DNA of 64,000 nt, from positions 59,210 through 123,209 of IMG/VR virus record IMGVR_UViG_3300017911_001939, one strand, 5' to 3'. The stretch is from a virus. Lineage: Duplodnaviria; Caudoviricetes. The notes beneath the pieces were generated by a model that saw nothing but the letters and a program-made list of their open reading frames with translations, made no database searches and was not told the DNA's origin. Numbering within the stretch: the stretch's first letter is position 1; each line of letters starts with the position of its first letter. Positions 1-9,679 of the stretch are shown here, piece after piece. The position numbers and the translations under genes are program-made.

Positions 1-364
1 ACCATACTGCATGTGGATTTGCTTTCCAAGCTTTAGGATACCAACTTTCTGGTTTAGCCGCAGATGCGTGGTGTACTGTTACAGAATTTCCATTTTTGTA
101 TGCCATTTCTAGCATTTCTATAAACTTGGGATGGTGCACTGGATCTGATACTTGACCACAAAAATTAATATGATAAAAATGATTTAAAATTTTTTCATAT
201 CTATCCAAAGGCATATCTTCTCCAGTTACTTTTAATCCCTTAGAAGTAAATGAAGTGTATCTTTGGCATCTTAAACATTCTAACGGACATCTATGCGTGA
301 TATCAATATTACACGCTGGTCTGTGATGAAATGTATTTGGATCTACTGGTAATTTTTCTCCCAT
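1..364 (-). CDS. Radical SAM protein (partial, runs off window start)
   Basis: Manual translation from ATG at 364: MGEKLPVDPNTFHHRPACNIDITHRCPLECLRCQR..., with CxxxCxxC motif and later FCGQVSDP; GAGG SD upstream; not in ORF track because truncated. Confidence 0.85.
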   Translation of the reverse strand, partial: MGEKLPVDPNTFHHRPACNIDITHRCPLECLRCQRYTSFTSKGLKVTGEDMPLDRYEKILNHFYHINFCGQVSDPVHHPKFIEMLEMAYKNGNSVTVHHASAAKPESWYPKAWKANPHAVW

Positions 365-371
365 ATAATCC

Positions 372-731
372 TCACATATAATTAATTTTGTCTATAGACT
401 TATTAAGAGAAGTTTCACACCATATTTTAAATTGTTTATTTAAAGCAGTTAGAAGATTATATTCTACTATATGATTGAAATGTTCTATAAAATATTTAGC
501 ATTTGCATTGTTAAAAGATAAGTAAGTCTTTTCGACTATTAAATCATAAATTTCTGGACATACACCTTTAGTATATTCTTCATTAATTATAAATTCTTCA
601 TAACAATGTTCACTAAAAATTTTATGCAGATGTACTTCTTTTTTAAGTCTATCAGACACATCTATTAAATTAAAGTTTTCGTCAAGAATACAAAATTTAT
701 CTATTTCTTTGTCAATTAATAATTCTACCAT
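372..731 (-). CDS. Hypothetical protein
   Basis: 119-aa ORF tightly packed in minus-strand operon. Confidence 0.6.
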   Translation of the reverse strand: MVELLIDKEIDKFCILDENFNLIDVSDRLKKEVHLHKIFSEHCYEEFIINEEYTKGVCPEIYDLIVEKTYLSFNNANAKYFIEHFNHIVEYNLLTALNKQFKIWCETSLNKSIDKINYM

Positions 732-732
732 A

Positions 733-1797
733 TCAGACTCTTAATGCAACTGTGTTGATGACATGTTCAATTTCCTCATCTTTTAACCAAGCATGAATAG
801 GTAACGAAAGTACGGTGTCTGCAGTATGCCGTGCTACTGCACAATATCCGCTACGATATTGGATATGGTTGTACATTGAATTATCGGGAATAACTCGCTC
901 ATAATGTACTGATCCACCTAAAGCTTTCTTTACTTCGTTACGCGTTTCTTTATCCTCGAATTGTATTACGTATTTATGATAGTTGTGGTTGTCATGTTTT
1001 TGCGGAGTCTTTACAAGACCATCGAATTCATAATCATATTCTTTTGCAATTTCTTGTCTACGCTTTTGCCATTGTTCCATAAACTGAAAGCGATGTAGAA
1101 TAACATCTGCATTAAAGTTATACATCTTTGAGTTGTAGCCCAACATAGCAAAGTCTTTATCTTTACCATGCTTAGCAAGCATACGTACTGTCTTGGCAAT
1201 CTGATCGTCATCTGTCATAAACATGCCACCGCCTGAGATACCAGCAATGACTTTATTACCATTAAAGCTGTACGAACTACAATCACCAATTGTACCAGCC
1301 TTGCGGCCATTTAGACTTACACCTAATGACTGAGCCGCATCTTCAATAAAGACAATATCATTTTCTTTACAATAGTTCTCAATCTCGGTAGTATCGGTCA
1401 TATTACCAAAAAGGTGTGTATAGATGAGAGCGCAGTTACCATCACGCTTCATCTTTTTTACAGACTCAAGTGTCATATGATAAGAGTCAGGATCAATATC
1501 ACAAAAGACTGGCATTGCACCCGCCATAGAGATACAACTTGCTGATGAGATCCATGAAAAACCAGTCACAAAGACTTGCCAACCTGGACCAATGCCATGT
1601 GCTTTCAAAGAAAAATACAATGCATCGGTTGCACTACTTACAGGCACACAGTGTTTACGACCTGTATAATCTCTGAACGCTTGCTCTAGCTCTTCGGTTG
1701 GCCCTTCTGGTTCTTTTGCCATAGCCTTGTCAAAGAGTTCATAATATAGTTCTTTATTCTCGAGATATTCTCTATCCCAACCGTTGTAGTTCATCAT
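733..1797 (-). CDS. DegT/DnrJ/EryC1/StrS family PLP-dependent sugar aminotransferase
   Basis: SSATDAL, VFCDID, IEDAAQS, SFNGNK (PLP Lys), GGGMF, LSLPIH motifs. Confidence 0.92.
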   Translation of the reverse strand: MMNYNGWDREYLENKELYYELFDKAMAKEPEGPTEELEQAFRDYTGRKHCVPVSSATDALYFSLKAHGIGPGWQVFVTGFSWISSASCISMAGAMPVFCDIDPDSYHMTLESVKKMKRDGNCALIYTHLFGNMTDTTEIENYCKENDIVFIEDAAQSLGVSLNGRKAGTIGDCSSYSFNGNKVIAGISGGGMFMTDDDQIAKTVRMLAKHGKDKDFAMLGYNSKMYNFNADVILHRFQFMEQWQKRRQEIAKEYDYEFDGLVKTPQKHDNHNYHKYVIQFEDKETRNEVKKALGGSVHYERVIPDNSMYNHIQYRSGYCAVARHTADTVLSLPIHAWLKDEEIEHVINTVALRV

Positions 1798-2617
1798 ATG
1801 CTTTCATAATAGGTTCAATATTGGGCTTTTCTATAGAACGTCGACTATAAACCCAACCGCCATCTCTAATTTTTGTAGATCTATTATACTCTATTTTCTT
1901 ATCGAAGTACATGCATTCTTGCAAAATTCTTGGCGCAGGATCAAATTGCTCTTTCGCATACACATACGTATTAAACATGCCTAATAAATTATCTACAGGT
2001 GCGAAAATATTTTGTAAAAGGGGGTTTACAAACGCTTCTTTATATGTTATAATAAAGTATGACTTGTAGGAGGGAGCCAGTATACCCGCCCTTTCGTAGT
2101 ACTGTTTTCCAGTCCCTAAAAACATATGTTCTGCTTTTAGATCTGGAACAGGATCTTTGTAAATATCAAAATTAATTCTTTTTTCGAAGTGATCACCTAC
2201 ACCATTCACATACACATCAGTGTCACATAGATCATATACATGTCGTGGTCTAAAATAGTCTAAAGCATAATTATACTCTATAGGATGATTTTCAGAATAT
2301 ACTGATATTAGTTTGTGCGAAAACGCATCTATTAGAGAGAATAGTTGGTCATGACTATACTTATCTTTTAATTTCCACGCGTGAGTAAGCATACTTCTAC
2401 CCATAATAAGGGTAACATCGGTTTCTTCATAGAAATATTCGAATGATACATTTTTACAATGTACATACTTTTTTTCTAAAGAAGTGATATAATCATTTAC
2501 TTTGAAATCTGGATGTGGTATAATAATAAGTCGAGCATCGAGTAAAGATGCATATTCATAACTATAATATAACAAACCATCGCACGGCTTACTCGTACAT
2601 AGAATGTTCAATCTCAT
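1772..2617 (-). CDS. Hypothetical protein (possible divergent glycosyltransferase-like fold, unconfirmed)
   Basis: 281-aa ORF overlapping the DegT gene; no decisive motif. Confidence 0.55.
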   Translation of the reverse strand: MRLNILCTSKPCDGLLYYSYEYASLLDARLIIIPHPDFKVNDYITSLEKKYVHCKNVSFEYFYEETDVTLIMGRSMLTHAWKLKDKYSHDQLFSLIDAFSHKLISVYSENHPIEYNYALDYFRPRHVYDLCDTDVYVNGVGDHFEKRINFDIYKDPVPDLKAEHMFLGTGKQYYERAGILAPSYKSYFIITYKEAFVNPLLQNIFAPVDNLLGMFNTYVYAKEQFDPAPRILQECMYFDKKIEYNRSTKIRDGGWVYSRRSIEKPNIEPIMKAYDELQRLG

Positions 2618-3354
2618 TGCGAATCAAATGCCCATTTCTTTTCATAACACCAAAAACAATGACCACACTCTTTTGCAAAATAATCTGTTTCTCTTGCTGT
2701 ACCCACGCACGAACCAGTAATTGGATAAAGAGTTTTCATTAAGCCTTCTTCTTTATAAACACCTGCTACAAATTTTTTATCAACATTTATATATGGCCTA
2801 TATTCATCACCTTTTCCTGCCCAATTTTCTTGTGTATACGATCTTCTTTTTTCAGCAAGGTGATCAAAACCAATATTTTTCATAATATCTTGTGGCGGAT
2901 TTTTTGTTATACCAGTGACGATTAAACACTCGTGCATTTTTTCGCAAATTTCTAAATGTTTTTGTTTTTCTAAAACTTTTACTAGACCTTCAATGTTATT
3001 ACATCTATCAACATATTGGCCATCTATTAATACGCGTTCATCATTCCAACGCTCTTTAGCATATTCTTGCAATTCTTGATCATAAATGTCGAATTCATAG
3101 ATATAGTGTTGACCGATTTTATGATTTGGAAATGTATCTTTCATAAATTCTACAATATCTAATGAGCAGAGCGCATCAAATGGAGCAGTCAAATCTTTTC
3201 CCGTAAAAGGAATAATTTCGACATTTGGAAAATGTTTACAGATTAAGTATAACAGAGATGCCGAATCAAGTCCTCCAGATAGCGATAAGATAATTTTATC
3301 AGGAACATACTTATCGAATAGATCTATCGTTTGGTTTCCATAACTAATTTTCAT
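2614..3354 (-). CDS. QueC-like PP-loop ATPase
   Basis: SLSGGLDS PP-loop and C-terminal SC...CGHCFWC Zn motif as in QueC. Confidence 0.75.
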   Translation of the reverse strand: MKISYGNQTIDLFDKYVPDKIILSLSGGLDSASLLYLICKHFPNVEIIPFTGKDLTAPFDALCSLDIVEFMKDTFPNHKIGQHYIYEFDIYDQELQEYAKERWNDERVLIDGQYVDRCNNIEGLVKVLEKQKHLEICEKMHECLIVTGITKNPPQDIMKNIGFDHLAEKRRSYTQENWAGKGDEYRPYINVDKKFVAGVYKEEGLMKTLYPITGSCVGTARETDYFAKECGHCFWCYEKKWAFDSQ

Positions 3355-3374
3355 TATTAAAACTCCATTTTATA

Positions 3375-4010
3375 TCATTTTATCCAATTGATAACTTCGT
3401 CATAATCAGGCTTATGTTCTCCTGCATTTTTTATATATTTTTGCGGATAACGTCCAGAATGTTTATATCCGAATTGCATAGAAAATATTACTTTTTCGTT
3501 ATCAAGAAATTTCAATTCTTTTTGTAACATTTCGGATTTATAGCATAGCAAATAAGAAACTTGTAAACCGGCTTCAATACAAAGGCCAGATAATATGGTA
3601 GAAAACATTCCAATTTCTATAGCATTTTCTCTCATTTGAGTATCACCATTGTATCTCTGTGGATCTACACAATAATGCTCAAATACTCTTTTTCTTTGAA
3701 ATATACGTAACACAGAATCATTAGGAAAGGTTAGCCTAGAAGTAAAAAGAAGAACATAAGGAGCATATACATTTTTATTGATAAAGGTGCCATTATGTGT
3801 AGATGCCTCATACAAGATTTCTTTTTCTTTTTTGTGTTTAGGCTGCAATACGTGAACTGTGTATGGCATTAAAGATTGTTTAGACGGTACTAATTCGTAC
3901 GTTTTTTTAAGCAATTCTTCTACTAATTCTTGAGGTGGTTCTTCTCGGCCGTAATATCGAATTTGAGTCCTTTTACTAAATACGTCTTCTATCGGCATCT
4001 TTCTCTCCAT
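3375..4010 (-). CDS. Nitroreductase-family protein
   Basis: KRTQIRYY, VPSKQ, 'IEIGMFSTILSGLCIEAGL' and FGY segments match the nitroreductase FMN-binding layout. Confidence 0.7.
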   Translation of the reverse strand: MERKMPIEDVFSKRTQIRYYGREEPPQELVEELLKKTYELVPSKQSLMPYTVHVLQPKHKKEKEILYEASTHNGTFINKNVYAPYVLLFTSRLTFPNDSVLRIFQRKRVFEHYCVDPQRYNGDTQMRENAIEIGMFSTILSGLCIEAGLQVSYLLCYKSEMLQKELKFLDNEKVIFSMQFGYKHSGRYPQKYIKNAGEHKPDYDEVINWIK

Positions 4011-4071
4011 ATAAATACCATCACCAATTTATTTATATGTATAAATAGGTCTGTATGGTTTTGTATAAATA
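4010..4071. promoter_or_regulatory. Divergent cluster of T4-type late promoters (TATAAATA)
   Basis: TATAAATA on + at 4010, 4040 and 4064; on - at 4030-4037 (TATTTATA). Confidence 0.8.
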
Positions 4072-4100
4072 TAGACAAACAACGTAAAGAGTATTTGTGA

Positions 4101-4451
4101 ATGGCCCAATACGAAGAAATTACAATTGATCAAGGTGCGGATGCATCTATTGAACTACATCTTGTGAATACAGATGGCTCTAAGAAAAATCTTACGAACC
4201 ACACCGTCACAGCGAAAATGAAAAAGAATTATACGAGCGACAGTTCAGACACAACCGATTTTGTGTCAACAATCGCAAATGCTCTTGACGGTATTGCAAC
4301 TATTTCATTAACAAATCTACAAACAGATGCCCTTAAAGCAGGTCGATACGTTTATGATGTTGAGCTATCATTTCAAGATAGCGATGGTGATACGATTATT
4401 GAAAGGGTGTTAGAAGGTAAAATTACAATCACGCCGTCTGTAACGAGGTAA
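4101..4451 (+). CDS. Virion structural protein (BppU N-terminal-like Ig fold)
   Basis: IDQGAD...LKAGRYVYDVE...RVLEGKITITPSVT pattern common in T4-like marine phages. Confidence 0.7.
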   Translation: MAQYEEITIDQGADASIELHLVNTDGSKKNLTNHTVTAKMKKNYTSDSSDTTDFVSTIANALDGIATISLTNLQTDALKAGRYVYDVELSFQDSDGDTIIERVLEGKITITPSVTR

Positions 4452-4454
4452 GTC

Positions 4455-4715
4455 ATGGCAATAAGAGTCGGTACAGGTCAGACTACTCAAATAAAGACGG
4501 TTAGAGGCGTTGGTCAAACAACACAAGTTCGAAAGGTTGTTGTTGGTCGACCAGTAAGAAACGTTAGTTCGGGTGCTACAGATATTAATAACCTTTTAGG
4601 TGTTGATACTTCAGGCAGAGTTGATGGCGCTATCTTACAGTTTGACGCGGCTCTTGGTGTATTTGTGGCAAATGCCGAACTAACAAAACAGGACATTAAC
4701 GGAGGCAATTATTAA
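4455..4715 (+). CDS. Hypothetical virion protein
   Basis: 86 aa; ends DINGGNY, like the IDGGTY end of the next gene. Confidence 0.6.
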   Translation: MAIRVGTGQTTQIKTVRGVGQTTQVRKVVVGRPVRNVSSGATDINNLLGVDTSGRVDGAILQFDAALGVFVANAELTKQDINGGNY

Positions 4716-6376
4716 TGGCCACTATTATTAGAATCAAAAGATCGACGGGTACCAGCGCTCCAGGGTCATTAAAATCAGGCGAACTCGCCTACTCCTCAGG
4801 TGCCGGTACTCAAGGAAACGGCGGTGATCGACTTTACTTTGGTAAAGGTGATGACGGCTCAGGTAACGCAACAACCGTAGAAGTTATCGGCGGTGCTTAT
4901 TTCTCTAACTTGCTGGATCATGTAGCTGGTACCCTTACAGCAAGTAGTGCAATTATCGTTGATGCGTCTTCTAAGATTGACAACCTTAAAGTTGACAACT
5001 TAGATCTTAACGGCAACACAATTAGTTCTACAGACACTAACGGTAATATCGTACTTGATCCAAATGGTGCAGGTACAGTCGATGTTAATACATCGAAGAT
5101 CGTTAATGTTACAGATCCTACCGCAGCACAAGACGCTGCGACCAAGAAATACGTAGATGATCAAAATGCTGCTGGTAGCTTAGACATCTCTACTGATTCT
5201 GGTGGTACTCATACATTAATGCTTCAAGACTCTGACCTTACCATCGTTGGTGGTACAGGTATTGGTACTCGTCTTGATGCACATCAAATTACAGTCGAAC
5301 TCGATAATACTGCGGTTTCTGCTGGCACATATGGTAGTGCTACTGCGATTCCTGCTATTACTGTTGATGCACAAGGTCGAATCACGTCTGCCTCTACTAA
5401 TAACGTGGCTACAGACCTTACAGTCGCAGCTGATGCTGGTACAAATGCGACGGTCTCACTCTTAACAGATACACTGACAATTCAAGGTGGCACAAACATT
5501 AACACTACTGTTGGTGGTGATGTTGTTACAGTTCACCTGGATTCTTCTGTTTCGATTAATACTCAGTTAACTGTTGACAATATTAAAATTAATGGTAACA
5601 CGATTAGTTCAACCGACGGTTCTAATCAGTTATACCTCGATCCGGCTCCTGAAGATTCTGATGGTGGTGATCTTATTGTTCGTGGTAACCTACAAGTTAA
5701 TGGTACAACCACGACAATCAATTCTGTCAACTTGTCAGTTAATGATAAACTCATTACACTTGCCGATTCTGCCGCAGACTCCGCTGCTTCAGATGGTGCG
5801 GGTATTGAGGTCGCAGGTTCGAATGCGTCTATCAAATATGATAATGCGACTGGTCGATGGGACTTTAACAGAGACATTGAAGCCGATGCATTCCACGGTA
5901 ATGTAACTGGTGATATTACGGGTGATGTTACTGGTAACGTAACAGGCAATGTGACTGGTAATATCGATGGTGACTCTGGTGACCTGAGAACATTTACTGC
6001 AAATACTATTACATCTGGTTCATTAACCACAGATTCTGCAACAATTGACGGTGACCTACGATTAACTGGTAACCTACTTGATGCTACAACCGACAATATC
6101 ACTGAAGGTTCTTCTAACCTTTACTTTACTGACGAACGTGTCGATGATCGATTAAATAACCTCTTATTAGCAGGTGAAGGTATCGATCTTACCTATGACG
6201 ATGCAGCAAACTCACTTACTATTGATGGTGAAGATGCTACGTTAACGAATAAAGGTATTGCTTCATTTGGTGGTTATGCTGACTCGGCTAATGCTCCTGT
6301 TCCGGGTAATGCAAGACAGTTTAGCTTGACAAACGGAGATGTTACTATCGCAGTGATTGACGGCGGAACATATTAA
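4715..6376 (+). CDS. Tail fibre-like protein
   Basis: N-terminal IRIKRS..P..L..GELAY, DAATKKYVD, ITVDAQGRIT, GNVTG repeats, TEGSSNLYFT, C-terminal IDGGTY. Confidence 0.8.
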   Translation: MATIIRIKRSTGTSAPGSLKSGELAYSSGAGTQGNGGDRLYFGKGDDGSGNATTVEVIGGAYFSNLLDHVAGTLTASSAIIVDASSKIDNLKVDNLDLNGNTISSTDTNGNIVLDPNGAGTVDVNTSKIVNVTDPTAAQDAATKKYVDDQNAAGSLDISTDSGGTHTLMLQDSDLTIVGGTGIGTRLDAHQITVELDNTAVSAGTYGSATAIPAITVDAQGRITSASTNNVATDLTVAADAGTNATVSLLTDTLTIQGGTNINTTVGGDVVTVHLDSSVSINTQLTVDNIKINGNTISSTDGSNQLYLDPAPEDSDGGDLIVRGNLQVNGTTTTINSVNLSVNDKLITLADSAADSAASDGAGIEVAGSNASIKYDNATGRWDFNRDIEADAFHGNVTGDITGDVTGNVTGNVTGNIDGDSGDLRTFTANTITSGSLTTDSATIDGDLRLTGNLLDATTDNITEGSSNLYFTDERVDDRLNNLLLAGEGIDLTYDDAANSLTIDGEDATLTNKGIASFGGYADSANAPVPGNARQFSLTNGDVTIAVIDGGTY

Positions 6377-6381
6377 TACCA

Positions 6382-6417
6382 TAGCCTGAGTTTTTACTCA
6401 CTAAGGCTACCTTTTTT
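6382..6417 (+). terminator. Putative intrinsic terminator/attenuator
   Basis: TAGCCT-GAGT-TTTT-ACTC-(ACTA)-AGGCTA hairpin followed by CCTTTTTT. Confidence 0.5.
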
Positions 6418-6428
6418 AAGGACTGGAA

Positions 6429-8027
6429 ATGGCAACTGATATTAGGCTCAAGAAATCCTCCGTAGCCGGTAGGATTCCTGACTCATCGGATCTTGAATAT
6501 GGCGAATTGGCCATTAACTATGCCGATGAGAAATTATATTTTAAAAATTCATCTAACGTAATCAAATCGATTGGCGGTAGTGGTATTGACTCTGCTACCA
6601 TCACGACTATTGTCGATTCTGATTACGTACTGAATAGATCATCTGCATCATTCCCAATCCATAACGAAGATTCCAGCCTTTCTCATTACGAGAAAATGTC
6701 CTTTACTGTTAAAACGGACGCTGGTGGTATTGTTGTACTACAACCTCAAGTAACATATCAAGATTCTGGCGGAACAGATGTCCTTGTTGATATTAATTTA
6801 TCAAAAGGTGTATTTAGCGATTCAAATCCTGTTATCGATCTTATCGATTCTGCATATATTCAGGCAAGACAACAGCTCGTAGACTCTGCTTCTATTATTG
6901 CATTGGTCGATTCTGATTATGTCCGCGCAAGACAAATTCGTACTATTGACTCTGCACTTGCAGAATATCGATTTATGGATTCTGGCGAGGTTATTACACT
7001 TGTAGATTCTGCATATGTTCAGGCTCGATCAATTACTATCGATTCTGATTATGTACAACTACGGGTACCTGAAACATATCTTGCGACTATCATTGACTCT
7101 GATTATATTTCTGACAGACAAGCTGCAGGTACTGATTCGTCTACAGTTATTAATCTTATCCAATCTACTGTTGATTCATCATATGTTGCCGTCAGATCGT
7201 CAGACGGTGGAGATGTTGTAAATGGTTCTGTAACTACTCATACGGCAAATCAATTTACTGGTGATGGGTCGACAACATTATTTACAATTGACAATTCGAT
7301 TAGTAATACTGCTCAGCTATATGTTACTATTAATGGTGTCTTACAGCATACTGACACATATAGTTTCTCAGGTGCAAACGTTACACTTGACTCTGCGCCA
7401 GAAGATGGTGATGATGTAGAAATCAGACTAAATAATACGCAGTCAACTAATGTTACATTGCGTGATTACCAATCATATTTCTATACACCTGATTCCGCAA
7501 CATCTGTATTCAGCGGCCAAGATAATCGTGGTAATTCCTTATCATATAAACGTGGTAAAATTGAGGTATATCTTAACGGTTCAAAACTTGTTGACTCTGA
7601 TGACTACACCGCACAGAATGGTTCACAAGTTACAATTCTCGGTGATGCAGTTGACAGCGGTGATACACTTGAAATTATTTCTTTGCAGTCTGCAGCAATT
7701 TATGATGGTATTATTTTCTCGGTTAGTAAAGACTTTACTACCGATTCTGCAGACCAACGAGTAGACACATTCTCTAAAACTCTATATCGTACTACAAAAT
7801 ACATCGTACAAATTGAACATGATTCTGATAATAAATACCACAGTGAAGAGATATTGCTTTCGCATACTGGAACAAAGGTTGGTATGGTAACATATGCACA
7901 GCTGTTACTTGACTCAAACCTTGGTACATTCGATGCAGAATTAGACGGAGATAATTGTAGATTGTTGTTTAGTCCAACATATACGAATACAAGTGTGAAG
8001 GTCAGAGCTATAAGGACTGGTGTATAA
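6429..8027 (+). CDS. Virion structural/fibre protein with DS-rich repeats
   Basis: N-terminal IRLKKS..GRIP..L.YGELAINY; repeats of (L/I)(I/V)DS(A/D)Y(V/I)xAR; FTGDGSTT..F and YLNG modules; 23 DS dipeptides. Confidence 0.75.
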   Translation: MATDIRLKKSSVAGRIPDSSDLEYGELAINYADEKLYFKNSSNVIKSIGGSGIDSATITTIVDSDYVLNRSSASFPIHNEDSSLSHYEKMSFTVKTDAGGIVVLQPQVTYQDSGGTDVLVDINLSKGVFSDSNPVIDLIDSAYIQARQQLVDSASIIALVDSDYVRARQIRTIDSALAEYRFMDSGEVITLVDSAYVQARSITIDSDYVQLRVPETYLATIIDSDYISDRQAAGTDSSTVINLIQSTVDSSYVAVRSSDGGDVVNGSVTTHTANQFTGDGSTTLFTIDNSISNTAQLYVTINGVLQHTDTYSFSGANVTLDSAPEDGDDVEIRLNNTQSTNVTLRDYQSYFYTPDSATSVFSGQDNRGNSLSYKRGKIEVYLNGSKLVDSDDYTAQNGSQVTILGDAVDSGDTLEIISLQSAAIYDGIIFSVSKDFTTDSADQRVDTFSKTLYRTTKYIVQIEHDSDNKYHSEEILLSHTGTKVGMVTYAQLLLDSNLGTFDAELDGDNCRLLFSPTYTNTSVKVRAIRTGV

Positions 8028-8467
8028 TGGCAACAAAGATTAAATCAGGCAATTTTAGTATTGATGCCAATCAACATATTAGATTAGAATCACCATTCGG
8101 TAGATTTGCTGCAGAAAACTATCCGACTTCTGCTGATAGTGCTACTGCACCTGGTGCAAGTGCAATCGCGTTAGGTGCTAGTGCAAATGCAGGTCATACA
8201 AATTCTACTGCAATTGGTATTGATGCACATACCAATGATAGCAGTCAAGTTATGCTTGGTGGTCCATCTATTAATTCTATTCGTGTTGGCAATAGTTCGT
8301 ATACACCAACCGATAGCGCAGATTTGGTCACAAAAAAATATGTAGATGATAATGAAATTGCAGGCATTGATTCTGCCGCTACAATTGCATTGATTGATAG
8401 TGATTATATCAGAACACGAGAAACACCATCTGACTCATTACTTAATGCATTGATTTTTGGAGGTTAA
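8027..8467 (+). CDS. Small fibre protein with YadA-like head repeats
   Basis: ASAIALGASANA / NSTAIGIDAHT repeats followed by DLVTKKYVD neck-like motif. Confidence 0.65.
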   Translation: MATKIKSGNFSIDANQHIRLESPFGRFAAENYPTSADSATAPGASAIALGASANAGHTNSTAIGIDAHTNDSSQVMLGGPSINSIRVGNSSYTPTDSADLVTKKYVDDNEIAGIDSAATIALIDSDYIRTRETPSDSLLNALIFGG

Positions 8468-8468
8468 C

Positions 8469-8708
8469 ATGGTATCAAAGGCAAGACATCTAGCATCATT
8501 AGCGAAAGCTCTGAATACAAATTCAAATGGAGCGGTAGAAATGTCTGGTGACATGATTCCAGAGAATGCTATTACTCAAGCTAAAATTGCTCCAGGTGCA
8601 GTTAATTTTACGGAAATGGCAGATAGCGCAGGTTATGCAACAGGTGCGCTTGATAGTGCATTCGGTATTATGATGGACGAATTAATTAATATTGCGGAGA
8701 ACAGATAA
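8469..8708 (+). CDS. Hypothetical virion protein
   Basis: MVSKAR start, AITQAKIA fibre motif; GGAGG SD. Confidence 0.6.
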   Translation: MVSKARHLASLAKALNTNSNGAVEMSGDMIPENAITQAKIAPGAVNFTEMADSAGYATGALDSAFGIMMDELINIAENR

Positions 8709-9679
8709 TGGGTAGAAGGAATTTTACCAACTTCTTTGCCAATAAACGGGCTTTGCTAAGAACAGAGATCGACGAATTTGTTACGTTTAAAACAAACGAA
8801 CGTAATACTGCTATTACAAATACAAGTGCTCGTAAAGACGAAGCAGACTCTGCCGCAACAGAAGCAATTTCATTTAAAGACGAAATTCAGGCATTTAAAG
8901 ATAGTGCAGATACACTTTTGGCCCAGCTTCAAGCTGGTGGTATGACTGCGGCAGAGGCCGAATATAAACGTGGTCTAATGGAGCAATTATCTCGAGCCGC
9001 TGCAGCATCATTTAAAAGAGCGGAAGAAGCACGTATCGAGGCCGAAACGAAAGCACTTGATGCGGCAAAATTCTTTGAAAATACTCGAAGTAGTACGACT
9101 GCACAAGCAGACAAAGAGGATGCAGACTCTGCAAAACAAGCAGCGATTGATGCACTCGAAACTGCCTCTTCATTAAAGGCAATGATTGATACTAAACTGA
9201 CTCTTGCAGTTGAGGAAGTAAGTGATATTAAATTAAGTGCACAATTACAAAATGTTAATGTGACAGAAATTACTGGCGATACATTTATTGCAGGAAACTT
9301 AAGAGTTGGTGATTCTTCTGCGGCATCTTATCCATTGCATGTAGTAGGTCATGCATATGCAAGTGGCGATATGATTTCTGCATCTGATATTAGGCTTAAA
9401 GATCAGATTGAAGCAATTAATAACGCAGCAGATATTATTGCATCTCTTGAAGGTAAAAGATATATTAAAGATGGCGAGCCAAGTGTTGGTCTTATTGCAC
9501 AAGAGGTTGAAGCAGTTTTACCTGAGGTTGTGCATACTGCTAATGATGAAATGGGACTTAAATCAGTTTCGTATGGTAATCTTGTCGCGGTATTGATTGA
9601 GGCACATAAAGAGCTAACAGATAAGGTCGAAATTCTTGAAGACGAGGTTAGACGCCTGAAATATGGAGAAGATTACTAA
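8708..9679 (+). CDS. Fibre protein with C-terminal intramolecular chaperone (peptidase S74) domain
   Basis: Ala-rich coiled coil, then SDIRLK...GLIAQEVE.VLPEVV...VSYGNLVAVLIEA. Confidence 0.85.
   Translation: MGRRNFTNFFANKRALLRTEIDEFVTFKTNERNTAITNTSARKDEADSAATEAISFKDEIQAFKDSADTLLAQLQAGGMTAAEAEYKRGLMEQLSRAAAASFKRAEEARIEAETKALDAAKFFENTRSSTTAQADKEDADSAKQAAIDALETASSLKAMIDTKLTLAVEEVSDIKLSAQLQNVNVTEITGDTFIAGNLRVGDSSAASYPLHVVGHAYASGDMISASDIRLKDQIEAINNAADIIASLEGKRYIKDGEPSVGLIAQEVEAVLPEVVHTANDEMGLKSVSYGNLVAVLIEAHKELTDKVEILEDEVRRLKYGEDY

Noticed and set aside
5890-5970. Short tandem repeat GGT(A/G)A(T/C)GT.ACT
   Set aside because: Encodes ordinary G(N/D)VT fibre repeats; not CRISPR or a regulatory repeat.
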